Notes: generated by a model not told the origin, from the letters alone. Shown: positions 36,704-44,717, counted from the stretch's first letter. The stretch is DNA of 58,231 bases from an uncultured Anaerolineae bacterium (GCA_964461615.1 CAYWWC010000001.1:1-58231); one strand, 5' to 3'. A program made the numbers and translations.

Positions 36704-38092
36704 ATGAACGATAGACTGCAACAATTCGCCAGCAGTTTCATAGAAAGCACCCGCGACTACATCTTCGTCCGTCCCGAGGACAATCTGCTCATCCTGCGGC
36801 CCAACCGGGTGCACAACCTGAACGCCACCGCCACGGTGATGCTCAAGGCCCTCTACGAGCGTCAGCCGCTGGATGTCGAGGCCATCGTAGCCGAGCTCGC
36901 GGAGCGCTACGGTACACCTCCGGAGCGGATCGAGGAGGACATGGAGAAGCTACTCCAGAGCCTCTCGTTGGTGCTCCAGGATAGGTCGGGCTGCGCTCCG
37001 GCGGTGAAAACCACTCCCTTCGGCAGCCACGAGAGGAAATACCCCGTCCTGTCCGAGATTGCCGTGACCTACCGCTGCCAGAACCGCTGTTTCTTCTGCT
37101 ACGCCAGCTCCCCCGACCGGGGCCGCCAGGTACCGGAGATGACCACCGACGAGGTTAAGCTGGTGCTGGATAAGATCATGACTCAGGCCAGAGTGCCCAC
37201 CGTCTCCTTCACAGGCGGCGAACCTACTCTCCGTAAAGACCTGCCGGAGCTGATAGCCCACGCGAAGAGTTTGGGAATGAGGGCCAATCTTATCAGCAAC
37301 GGCATCAAGTGTGGCGACGCGGATTACGTGGCCACATTGGTCGAGGCGGGGCTGGACTCGGCCCAGATCAGCCTGGAGGCGGGGGAGGCTGCCATCCACG
37401 ATGAGGTGGTGGCCCACCCAGGGGCCTTCAAGCGCACGATGCAGGGAGTGCGCAACCTGCGGGCGGCCGACATTCACACCCACACCAACACCACCATCAA
37501 CCAAAAGAACCGGCAGGCCCTGCCAGACCTCATTGATCTTCTGGCCGAGATGGGCATGGCGTACCTCTCCATGAACATGGTCATTCGCACCGGCGGAGCG
37601 GTGGGTGTGCCCGACATCAATTATCAGGCTATCGGCGATCTGGTGCTCTCCTTCAAGGCCAGGGCCGAGGAGCGGGGGATGCGCTTCGTGTGGTACTCGC
37701 CCGTGCCCTACTGCCTCTTCAATCCTGCCCAGCACGGCCTGAGCTCCCCGTCCTGTTCAGCGGCCGAGGGGCTGTTGTCCATCGCCCCCGACGGGGCGGT
37801 GCTGCCCTGCTCCAGCTTCGAGGAGGGCATCGGCAACCTGCTCACCGAGGACTTCGCCACCCTCTGGAATCGGCGGTCGGCTCGCTACTGGCGGGACAAG
37901 GAGTTCCTGCCCCCAGGTTGTCAGGAGTGCGAGCTGGCCCACATCTGCTGCGGAGCCTGCCCCCTCTACTGGGATGAGCAGGGCACCTTCGCTGAGATAG
38001 CTCCCCACATGACCAAGACCTCGGCCTGGGACCGACTGACCTGGAGGTTGAAAAGGCGTTACCTGGGGAAGGTGAAGGGGGTGGGGATATAA
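36704..38092 (+). CDS. Radical SAM / SPASM-domain peptide-modifying enzyme with a fused N-terminal PqqD-like RiPP recognition element
   Basis: CQNRCFFC (CxxxCxxC) with GGEPTL. The SPASM region reads CSAAEGLLSIAPDGAVLPC ... CQECELAHICCGAC. The N-terminal ~95 aa (FVRPEDNLLILRPNRVHNLNATATVMLKAL...VEAIVAELAERYGTPPERIEEDMEKLLQSL) have the PqqD pattern. An alternative TTG start at 36668 would overlap the upstream gene. Confidence 0.85.
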   Translation: MNDRLQQFASSFIESTRDYIFVRPEDNLLILRPNRVHNLNATATVMLKALYERQPLDVEAIVAELAERYGTPPERIEEDMEKLLQSLSLVLQDRSGCAPAVKTTPFGSHERKYPVLSEIAVTYRCQNRCFFCYASSPDRGRQVPEMTTDEVKLVLDKIMTQARVPTVSFTGGEPTLRKDLPELIAHAKSLGMRANLISNGIKCGDADYVATLVEAGLDSAQISLEAGEAAIHDEVVAHPGAFKRTMQGVRNLRAADIHTHTNTTINQKNRQALPDLIDLLAEMGMAYLSMNMVIRTGGAVGVPDINYQAIGDLVLSFKARAEERGMRFVWYSPVPYCLFNPAQHGLSSPSCSAAEGLLSIAPDGAVLPCSSFEEGIGNLLTEDFATLWNRRSARYWRDKEFLPPGCQECELAHICCGACPLYWDEQGTFAEIAPHMTKTSAWDRLTWRLKRRYLGKVKGVGI

Positions 38093-38095
38093 CCA

Positions 38096-38126
38096 GGTGC
38101 AACGCACTTCTGAAGTGCGTTGCACC
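38096..38126. other. Perfect 14-bp-stem hairpin between the rSAM gene and the next gene
   Basis: The sequence is GGTGCAACGCACTT-ctg-AAGTGCGTTGCACC. No U-tract follows, so it is an intercistronic stem or REP rather than a canonical terminator. Confidence 0.7.
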
Positions 38127-38147
38127 TTAATCGCGAGGAGGTTCTGT

Positions 38148-39329
38148 ATGCCCCGAACAGTCTCTTTGGATCAACTCAACGATTTTCTGCTAGATAACAG
38201 GCGCAAGATTGACGCGGTGGGGCGGGAGGTGGAGGAGATCCAGGTAGGCTTCAACAGCGCCTACGTGGAGTTCAAGGCCGACCACGACGCCCAACTGGCA
38301 AGCTTGACTGTGTCGCTGTTCGAGAAGCTGGATAGCATCGGTTCAGAACTGCGAGCCCAGATAGACGAGCGGGTCGTCGAGGAGCGTCGCCTTCTGGCCG
38401 AGCGCAGGACGGAGCTGCGGGAGAAGCTGATCCCCCAGACCCAGGCGGAGGCCGACGCTGTGCTGACCCAGGCTCAAGAACAGACAAAGGCTCTGCGCCA
38501 ACTCAACCCCCGGCTGGATGAGCGCGAGGAGGCATACAAGGCTCAACTGGCCGCGTTGGAGACGAAGCTGGCCCAACTCAACGCGGAGATTTCCCAACGC
38601 TCCCGAGGTCTGGGCTTTATCATCCACTTCATCTCCGTCGCCAAACTGGACCGCCAGCGCCACCGCATCCTCGGCCAACTGGAGACCCTGGCCCGAAACC
38701 TGAAGGAAGTACGCGACGACTGGCAGACCAGCCAGCAGGAGTTCCAGACTGAACAAGAGGGCCTGCAGGGCCAGTGGCGCGAACTCAGCCTCAAGGTTGC
38801 TGAACTGAACCGGGAGCTGGCCTACCTTGACGACGAGACGCAACGAGAGGATCTGGCGATGAAACGGGCAGGCCGCCATATTCTGGACAACCTGAAGGAT
38901 CCCGTACCCTGTCCTGCTGATCTGAGGCCCGCGTTGAAAGCCATGATCGAGCTCAACGTCAAGACCGACGCCTACCAGGAGGGATTAGGGACAGTGGGAG
39001 GGCTCATCGCCCTCCTGGATAGCGTGGGGAAAGGGATGGACAGCTTCCAGGAGAGCGTAGGGGGGCTCATCGGGGAGCAGCGCATGCATAGCGAATTCCT
39101 CCCGGGGCTCAAGCTGAGACTGCCTGATTCAGCAATCGCCTTTCACAACCAATGGGATGGCTTGAGAGCTAAGATGCGTGACGATGCCCGACTATGCGCC
39201 CACCCCACGGAGTTTCTGGAAGCAGCGCGGCCGGTCATTCAGCGCGACCTGAGCAATGAGGCCGTCACCAGCATGTTCAACAGTCTCGGCCAGGCCCTGA
39301 CCGAGGCAACCGAGAAATGGAGGGGATGA
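38148..39329 (+). CDS. Coiled-coil protein of unknown function
   Basis: ATG at 38148 lies 7 nt after GAGGAGG. 393 aa, rich in heptad-like E/Q/L/R segments (LAALETKLAQLNAEISQ, LETLARNLKEVRDDWQTSQQEFQTEQEGLQGQW). Confidence 0.7.
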   Translation: MPRTVSLDQLNDFLLDNRRKIDAVGREVEEIQVGFNSAYVEFKADHDAQLASLTVSLFEKLDSIGSELRAQIDERVVEERRLLAERRTELREKLIPQTQAEADAVLTQAQEQTKALRQLNPRLDEREEAYKAQLAALETKLAQLNAEISQRSRGLGFIIHFISVAKLDRQRHRILGQLETLARNLKEVRDDWQTSQQEFQTEQEGLQGQWRELSLKVAELNRELAYLDDETQREDLAMKRAGRHILDNLKDPVPCPADLRPALKAMIELNVKTDAYQEGLGTVGGLIALLDSVGKGMDSFQESVGGLIGEQRMHSEFLPGLKLRLPDSAIAFHNQWDGLRAKMRDDARLCAHPTEFLEAARPVIQRDLSNEAVTSMFNSLGQALTEATEKWRG

Positions 39330-39330
39330 G

Positions 39331-39825
39331 ATGAAACGAACGATTTTAATGGCCGCTTTTGGGATCTCAGGAGTTCTTTTGGCCCTGGGGTTGATTTTCC
39401 TGTGCGCGGCTACCACCAATCCGGGTCGGCTGCCTCTGTCGGTGCTTCTGCTTGTCATTGGCGGAGGCGTGACCGCCTGGGCTGCCCTCACCTGGCGGCG
39501 GAATCAGCAGTTAGAGCCAGAGCGTCTGGCCGACAGCATAATTGATCTGGCACGGGCTGGCGGTGGCGCCGAGGTCAGCCTGGCCCAGATCGTAGCCGAG
39601 CTCAATGTGCCCACCGAGGCCGCCCAGCGGGCCCTCGGCGTGCTGGAGCGGAGGGGCGAGTGCCGGAGGGAGCGCAGGGCCGACAAAGATCTCTACGTTT
39701 TCCCCGGCCTGGTGGAGGTAAAGGTTGTGCGACGCTGCGCCTACTGCGGCAGCGAGTTCAGCGTCAAGACTCCTCTGCGCAAGTGTCCCAACTGCGGCGG
39801 CGAGTTGGAACTGCTGAGAGAGTAG
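39331..39825 (+). CDS. Two-TM membrane protein with a cytoplasmic wHTH-like segment and a C-terminal CxxC..CxxC zinc ribbon
   Basis: The start lies 1 nt after the previous stop (TGAGATG). TM helices are ILMAAFGISGVLLALGLIFLCAA and LSVLLLVIGGGVTAWAAL. The zinc ribbon is CAYCGSEFSVKTPLRKCPNCGG. Confidence 0.7.
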   Translation: MKRTILMAAFGISGVLLALGLIFLCAATTNPGRLPLSVLLLVIGGGVTAWAALTWRRNQQLEPERLADSIIDLARAGGGAEVSLAQIVAELNVPTEAAQRALGVLERRGECRRERRADKDLYVFPGLVEVKVVRRCAYCGSEFSVKTPLRKCPNCGGELELLRE

Positions 39826-40053
39826 AGCGGCTGATCGCTGGAACTACCTGATGTATCGCTCAGGAGGCTTCTGCCACTCAGACCCAACCGAAACTGGATC
39901 CCATATTTTAAGATTCAGGCCGTATCTAAAACAGCGTTTCTACGTTATAATAAGTAGGAAACCCTAGGCCATTGATCGACTTGCAGTAGCAAGGTATGAA
40001 TCACGATCCTTATTGCCTTGCTTTTCACCCCCGTCGGCCCGAGGAGGGCAGTG

Positions 40054-43000
40054 ATGCCGGCTTTGAAAGTATGCCTTTTTGGCTCTCCCAATATTACTTA
40101 TGATGAGGCTCCGCTCCTTATTACCTCCCAGAAAGCCCAGGCCCTATTCTACTACCTCATCTCCAATCGCCAGGCTCATTCCCGCGAGAAGTTGGCCACG
40201 CTGTTCTGGGGAGAGACCAGCGAACGCCAGGCCAAAGGTAGCCTGCGCAACACCCTCTATGAGTTGCGGCGCGACCTGACGCCAGGCAACAAGCCCGCCC
40301 AGCGACACATTTTGGCTGAAAGCAATACCCTCTGCCTTAACCCTGAGACTGATTACTGGCTGGACACCGAGGAATTCGAATCGCTGCTAGATAAAAAAGG
40401 CGAGGGTGAACGGGTCAGGATGGACAACTGGAGCAAGGCGGCGGAGCTGTATCGGGGCGATTTCCTTGAGGGTTTCATTGTCAAAGACAGCTTCGACTTT
40501 GAAGACTGGTCCTTTTTTGAGCGGGAGAGGTTGCAGAGAAGATATCTGGAGGCTCTCACTGAACTGAGCGATTATTGCGGCGGGCAGGGCGAGTACGAGA
40601 GAGCCATTACCTACGCCACTCAGATACTCAGTCGCGATAACCTTCAGGAAAACATACACCGCCAGTTGATGCGCCTCTACTACGCGGCTGGCAATCGCAG
40701 CGCGGCTCTGCGCCAGTACGAAATATGCAAGGAGGTCACAGAGCGGGAATTAGGCGCTGCTCTATTGGCCGAGACCACCACCCTCCATGAGCAGATACTC
40801 CGTCAGGAATTGGTGGAACCCCAGGCCAGGGAAATAGAAGCGTCGAGTATTGAAATCCAGTGGCAACCCCGTCCATCGCCGCTTCTCCCCTGGCCGAAGC
40901 CGGAGTATTTGAGCTCCAACCTCGTTGGTAGAGACAAGGAATACGCCCAGTTGACCCGCTATCTGGAGACCGCCAGCCAGGGAAGGAGCCAACTGGTCAT
41001 CATTGATGGCGAGGTTGGCATTGGCAAGACGCGGTTGGTACAGGAGTTGCTCGATCAGATAGAACCCGATTTTCACCTGTTGATAGGCCGGTGCTACGAG
41101 TCCGAAATGACGCTGCCATATCAGCCCTTGGTCGAGGCTCTGCGAGGCTATCTGCCAACACTGGATCTAAGCAAGCTTCAGGTATCCCGCCTTTGGCTCA
41201 GAGAAGTGAGCAAGCTGGTCCCCGAGTTGAGCGAGGCCCTGCCAGATCTCCCCAACAGTATTCCCCTAAACACCGACACGGAACGCAGCCGCTTGTTCGA
41301 GGGAGTTGTCCAGTTTTTTGTTGCTCTCTCTCGCCATCGCCCCCTGATCATCTTTATTGATGACCTCCATTGGGCCGATCAAGCGACGCTGGCCCTTCTC
41401 CAGTACCTGGCTCGCCACGTCACCAGGGAGAGGGTTCTGCTCATAGGCGCTTATCGCACTGAAGATCTGAGCGAGCCGCTGACGAATACCATGCGCAGCC
41501 TCAAGCAGGATGGCCTTCTTGCCAGGATCACCCTGCGCCGCCTCACTCTTGAGGATGTGACTACTCTGATCAGAGAGATGGCGGGCATGGAGAGCGGAGG
41601 CGAGAAATTCAGCCACAGACTGTATCAAGACACGGAGGGCAACCCCTTCTTCATCTCCGAGGTCATCCGCTCCCTCTTCGAGGAGGGCATCTTGTACCGT
41701 GACAAGCATGGCTGGACCACGGACCTCAAGGATTTCGACACCAGTTATGCTCAAATTCCGATTCCTCCCAGTGTCCGCGAGGTCGTTCAAGCCCGCCTCA
41801 ATCGTTTAGAGGACGTGAGCTACCAGGTGTTGGAGACGGCCGCAGTGTTCCGCCAGCAGTTCTACTTTGTCACCGTCAAGAGGGCTTGTGACAAAGACGA
41901 GGATGAGGCCCTGGATGCTTTCGACAAGTTGCTGCGGGCCCAGTTGATCAAAGAAGTCGAGGTAGGTATAAAGGGCAGTAGCTACGACTTCAACCATGAC
42001 AAGGTCAGGGAAGTGGCTTACCAGCAGATGAGCGGTGCCAGGTGTCAGCAAGTGCATCGGCGAGTGGGCGAAGCTCTGGAGATAGAATACCGCGATCGTC
42101 TTGATGAAGTGGTCAGCCGATTGGCCCATCACTTCACAGCGGGAGGGGACAGGGAAAGAGCTCTGAGATACTCCATCAGGGCTGGTGACAAGGCCAGAGA
42201 ACTCTATGCTAACGAGGAAGCCATCGCTTATTATCAGAGGACGCTGGAACTCGCGGAGAGTGCGGAGGAGTTGGCAACCATATACGAGGGATTGGGCGAC
42301 GTTTTTGCCCTGGTGGGAAAACACCACAACGCGATAGAGAGCTACGAATCTGTGCTGGACAGCGCGGCTGCAGGGCCGGACAAAAGGCGGGTAGCCGAGA
42401 TCCACCGCAAAATAGGCAGAGTACATGAGAGGAACGGGGGGCGCGATCTGGCCCTGGAGTGTTTTAGAACCGGCAGGCGGATCCTTGAATCCGACGGTCC
42501 CTCGCTAGAGATGGTCAGGCTGGATAGCGGCATGGCGTTCTTGAGCATTCGCCAAGGGCAATATGAGGAGGCCATTAGACTCTGCCAACAGAGCTTGGAT
42601 ATGGTAGAGAAGCTACCTGAGAACGCGGACAGCCGTAGGGAGCGGGCGAGGATATATAATAACCTGGGGTCTATTTATCTTAACTGGAGCGATTATCCCC
42701 GCGCCACCGAGCACTTCGAGAAGAGCCTGGCCATAAGAATCGAAAACGGGGACACCCACGGCACTGCCGTTCTTTACAATAACCTTGGAGTAGTCTGTGA
42801 GCACCAAGGCCACTATGATAAAGCTCTCGAATACCACCGCCAAAGTTGCGAGCTGAAGAAAGAAATCGGGGACATTTATGGACTGGCCATATCCCACACC
42901 AATCTGGGGCTGATTCTCTCCCGAAGGCAAGATTATCCTCAGGCCCTTGATCATCTGGAAGAAGCGGTGAGTATTTGTGGAGATATCGAGTGCGAATGGC

Positions 43001-43401
43001 TCTTGCCAGAAACCTATAGGATCATAGCTGAGGTTCGCCTGGATATCGGCGAAGTAACGGAAGCTCTGGAATATGGCTACGCTTCCCTTGAAAAGGCCCG
43101 CCAGACCGGCGACAAGGCCTTCGAAGGAGTGGCTCACCGGGTGTTGGGAAAGATAAAGGCCCTCGGACGCCAGCAGTGGGAAGAAGGAGAAAGGCATTTC
43201 TCAGAGAGCATAGACATGTTAAAAGCCCTGGGAAACGAACATGAACTCGGCAAGAGCTGCTATGAATTCGGACTGGTGTTGAGAGACAAAGGAGAGGTAG
43301 ACCGGGCCCGGGAACTCTTCTCCCAAGCTATTGAAATCTTCGAGAGAACAGGGGCCACCGAGAGACTCGAAAGAGCCCAAGCAGCGCGCCATCAGCTTTG
43401 A
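40054..43401 (+). CDS. SARP/AfsR-type regulator: OmpR-like wHTH + BTAD + P-loop NTPase (STAND-like) + TPR array
   Basis: ATG at 40054 lies 5 nt after GAGGAGGG. Motifs include LFWGETSERQAKGSLRNTLYELRRDL, YRGDFLEGF, Walker A GEVGIGKT and Walker B LIIFIDDLHWAD. The C-terminal ~400 aa contain TPR-like A..Y...L repeats. Confidence 0.85.
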   Translation: MPALKVCLFGSPNITYDEAPLLITSQKAQALFYYLISNRQAHSREKLATLFWGETSERQAKGSLRNTLYELRRDLTPGNKPAQRHILAESNTLCLNPETDYWLDTEEFESLLDKKGEGERVRMDNWSKAAELYRGDFLEGFIVKDSFDFEDWSFFERERLQRRYLEALTELSDYCGGQGEYERAITYATQILSRDNLQENIHRQLMRLYYAAGNRSAALRQYEICKEVTERELGAALLAETTTLHEQILRQELVEPQAREIEASSIEIQWQPRPSPLLPWPKPEYLSSNLVGRDKEYAQLTRYLETASQGRSQLVIIDGEVGIGKTRLVQELLDQIEPDFHLLIGRCYESEMTLPYQPLVEALRGYLPTLDLSKLQVSRLWLREVSKLVPELSEALPDLPNSIPLNTDTERSRLFEGVVQFFVALSRHRPLIIFIDDLHWADQATLALLQYLARHVTRERVLLIGAYRTEDLSEPLTNTMRSLKQDGLLARITLRRLTLEDVTTLIREMAGMESGGEKFSHRLYQDTEGNPFFISEVIRSLFEEGILYRDKHGWTTDLKDFDTSYAQIPIPPSVREVVQARLNRLEDVSYQVLETAAVFRQQFYFVTVKRACDKDEDEALDAFDKLLRAQLIKEVEVGIKGSSYDFNHDKVREVAYQQMSGARCQQVHRRVGEALEIEYRDRLDEVVSRLAHHFTAGGDRERALRYSIRAGDKARELYANEEAIAYYQRTLELAESAEELATIYEGLGDVFALVGKHHNAIESYESVLDSAAAGPDKRRVAEIHRKIGRVHERNGGRDLALECFRTGRRILESDGPSLEMVRLDSGMAFLSIRQGQYEEAIRLCQQSLDMVEKLPENADSRRERARIYNNLGSIYLNWSDYPRATEHFEKSLAIRIENGDTHGTAVLYNNLGVVCEHQGHYDKALEYHRQSCELKKEIGDIYGLAISHTNLGLILSRRQDYPQALDHLEEAVSICGDIECEWLLPETYRIIAEVRLDIGEVTEALEYGYASLEKARQTGDKAFEGVAHRVLGKIKALGRQQWEEGERHFSESIDMLKALGNEHELGKSCYEFGLVLRDKGEVDRARELFSQAIEIFERTGATERLERAQAARHQL

Positions 43402-43502
43402 CGGTCTCCCCATTGAACCTACCCCCTTAGCATTGATCCTCCCCATAATCCTCAAAGCCCTAACCCACCCCTAACTTGGACAAGCCAGAACCAAGTTCCC
43501 CG

Positions 43503-43558
43503 TTGGGCGAAGGTCTCTGACCGAGCCCCGATTACAACTGCGGTCAGGAGACCTTGCC
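43503..43558. repeat. Intergenic copy of the GAAGGTCTC(C)YGACCG hairpin family
   Basis: AAGGTCTCTGACCG (43510-43523) pairs with CGGTCAGGAGACCTT (43541-43555) with one bulge. The 5' flank TTGGGCGAAGG is shared with the copies at 25252 and 6930. Confidence 0.75.
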
Positions 43559-43660
43559 GAACAGTTAGAGTACAGGGCCGCCTCTGCTGGAAGTCTTGGA
43601 TCTACTGAGACTGAACGAACCGAGGCGATTCAGCACGAATTCGCCCAATCCTTGAAACCT

Positions 43661-43709
43661 GTCCTGAGCCCTGTTGCTTGTACTGAGCTTGTCGAAGTGA
43701 AGGATTCGC
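43661..43709. repeat. Intergenic copy of the GTCCTGAGC..ACTGAGCTYGYCGAAG repeat family
   Basis: The sequence is GTCCTGAGCCCTGTTGCTTGTACTGAGCTTGTCGAAGTGAAGGATTCGC. Related copies lie inside CDS at 9055-9117 and 27206-27230. Confidence 0.7.
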
Positions 43710-43787
43710 TGTCAGATGACGGGGCCTTAAGGAACTTTGACGTTTCCCTGACGCTCTTCTAACGGATAATTGACGCCTATTTGGTAT

Positions 43788-43817
43788 ACTGCTGTTGAAA
43801 GTTAACAGCAGTTTTTT
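43788..43817 (+). terminator. Intrinsic terminator-like hairpin plus T-tract
   Basis: ACTGCTGTT-gaaagtt-AACAGCAGT is followed by TTTTT. It overlaps a TGgTATACT extended -10-like sequence (43782-43790), so the terminator and promoter readings are mutually exclusive. Confidence 0.5.
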
Positions 43818-43842
43818 ATTAACTGTGGAAAGGAGAGAAAGT

Positions 43843-44061
43843 ATGTCGCTTCAGCAACGAAAGTATGTGTCCTTCTTTATCCGCATTTGGGAGGAGCCAC
43901 GGGAGATGGAGGACGAGAATCCTGAATGGCGCGGCAGTGTCGAAAACGTCCAAACAGGGCAGAAGAATTACTTCAAGGGTATGGAGAATCTGGTTGGTTT
44001 TATCCGCAAACAGTGTAACGGTTTTGGCGTATCCTGGAACAAACGGAAATACATTGCCTGA
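43843..44061 (+). CDS. Small (72-aa) cytoplasmic protein of unknown function
   Basis: ATG lies 6 nt after AAGGAGAG. The sequence FFIRIWEEPRE..PEWRGSVENVQTGQKNYFKGMENLVGFIRKQ has no TM segment. Confidence 0.6.
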   Translation: MSLQQRKYVSFFIRIWEEPREMEDENPEWRGSVENVQTGQKNYFKGMENLVGFIRKQCNGFGVSWNKRKYIA

Positions 44062-44129
44062 GATCATGAGAAATGCCAGGCAAGTTGGGGATACTTACAA
44101 ACCAGTAAAAACGAAGGAGGTAATGGAAA

Positions 44130-44171
44130 ATGGGCGATCAAGTAGGCATAATCGAGGGCGACCTTTCTTAA
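44130..44171 (+). CDS. 13-aa micro-ORF MGDQVGIIEGDLS (a single copy of the downstream repeat unit)
   Basis: ATG lies 9 nt after GAAGGAGG. The 5' region AAGGAGGTAATGGAAAATG duplicates that of the next gene (AAGGAGGTAATGAAGAATG). Its stop TAA abuts the next SD. Confidence 0.55.
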   Translation: MGDQVGIIEGDLS

Positions 44172-44186
44172 AGGAGGTAATGAAGA

Positions 44187-44510
44187 ATGAAAAAGACACT
44201 TTGGTACATCTTTAGTTTGGCGCTGATTCTCGGTCTCTTGTTAAGCGTTAATCTGGCCGAGGGCCTTGCTTTGTTCGAGAACGTCGGGATCATTGAGGGC
44301 GATTTCTCCGCTGGGATCATCGAGGGCGACTTCTCCGCGGGAATCATCGAGGGCGACTTCTCTGCAGGGATCATCGAGGGCGACTTCTCCGCAGGGATCA
44401 TCGAGGGTGACTTCTCCGCGGGAATCATCGAGGGCGACTTCTCTGCCGGGATCATCGAGGGCGACTTCTCTGCAGGAATCATCGAGGGCGACCTGGCAAC
44501 TTCTGCATAG
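44187..44510 (+). CDS. Exported acidic repeat protein/propeptide: signal peptide + 7 x GIIEGDFSA + GIIEGDLATSA
   Basis: ATG lies 9 nt after AAGGAGG. The Sec-type signal is MKKTLWYIFSLALILGLLLSVNLA. It is followed by eight tandem 27-bp units that differ only at synonymous third positions. Confidence 0.75.
   Translation: MKKTLWYIFSLALILGLLLSVNLAEGLALFENVGIIEGDFSAGIIEGDFSAGIIEGDFSAGIIEGDFSAGIIEGDFSAGIIEGDFSAGIIEGDFSAGIIEGDLATSA
44286..44495 (+). repeat. Tandem 27-bp coding repeat, 7.8 copies
   Basis: Units start at 44286, 44313, 44340, 44367, 44394, 44421, 44448 and 44475. Variants are GGG/GGA, ATT/ATC, GGC/GGT, GAT/GAC, TCC/TCT and GCT/GCG/GCA/GCC. Confidence 0.95.
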
Positions 44511-44717
44511 AATTGCAGTAACTTGGTCACTTGATACGCCAGGGCACTCCAGCGGTCTGAATGGTCATACTCTCTAATGACCGAAAACAAGGCCGCTTAG
44601 GGCTACATCCTCAGGGGTTCCTGGCCTATTGCGTGAGTAATTACGAATTGCGGCTAGAATCAAGCCGCTGATCATCAAAAAAACATATCAAGCAAAAAAA
44701 CAAAAGGAGGCTCGAAA

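Noticed and set aside
37757-38125. Two ORFs on opposite strands (37757-38125 minus, 38097-39329 plus) both begin MQRTSEVRCT.
   Set aside because: The shared peptide is produced by reading the perfect 14-bp-stem palindrome at 38096-38126 from both strands. The real downstream gene starts at ATG 38148 behind GAGGAGG.
43865-44215. 116-aa ORF running through the small-gene region in a third frame, including MENGRSSRHNRGRPFLKEVMKNEKDTLVHL.
   Set aside because: Its internal ATGs sit 2 nt from the SD sequences, which is too close. The frames starting 9 nt downstream (44130 and 44187) have ideal spacing and give the repeat-unit peptide and a signal peptide.
44286-44495. Considered whether the 27-bp array, or the 35-bp-spaced repeats at 19418-19507, could be a CRISPR array.
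   Set aside because: The 27-bp units are contiguous with no spacers and are in frame with a signal peptide. The 19418 repeats number only three, are degenerate and short, and no cas genes are in the window.
44168-44590. Minus-strand 140-aa ORF with a perfectly repeated PSMIPAEKS unit opposite the nonapeptide array.
   Set aside because: Its invariance arises because its codon third positions coincide with those of the plus frame. It needs a TTG start without an SD, has no signal or context, and opposes the local gene orientation. It cannot be fully excluded without strand-specific expression data.
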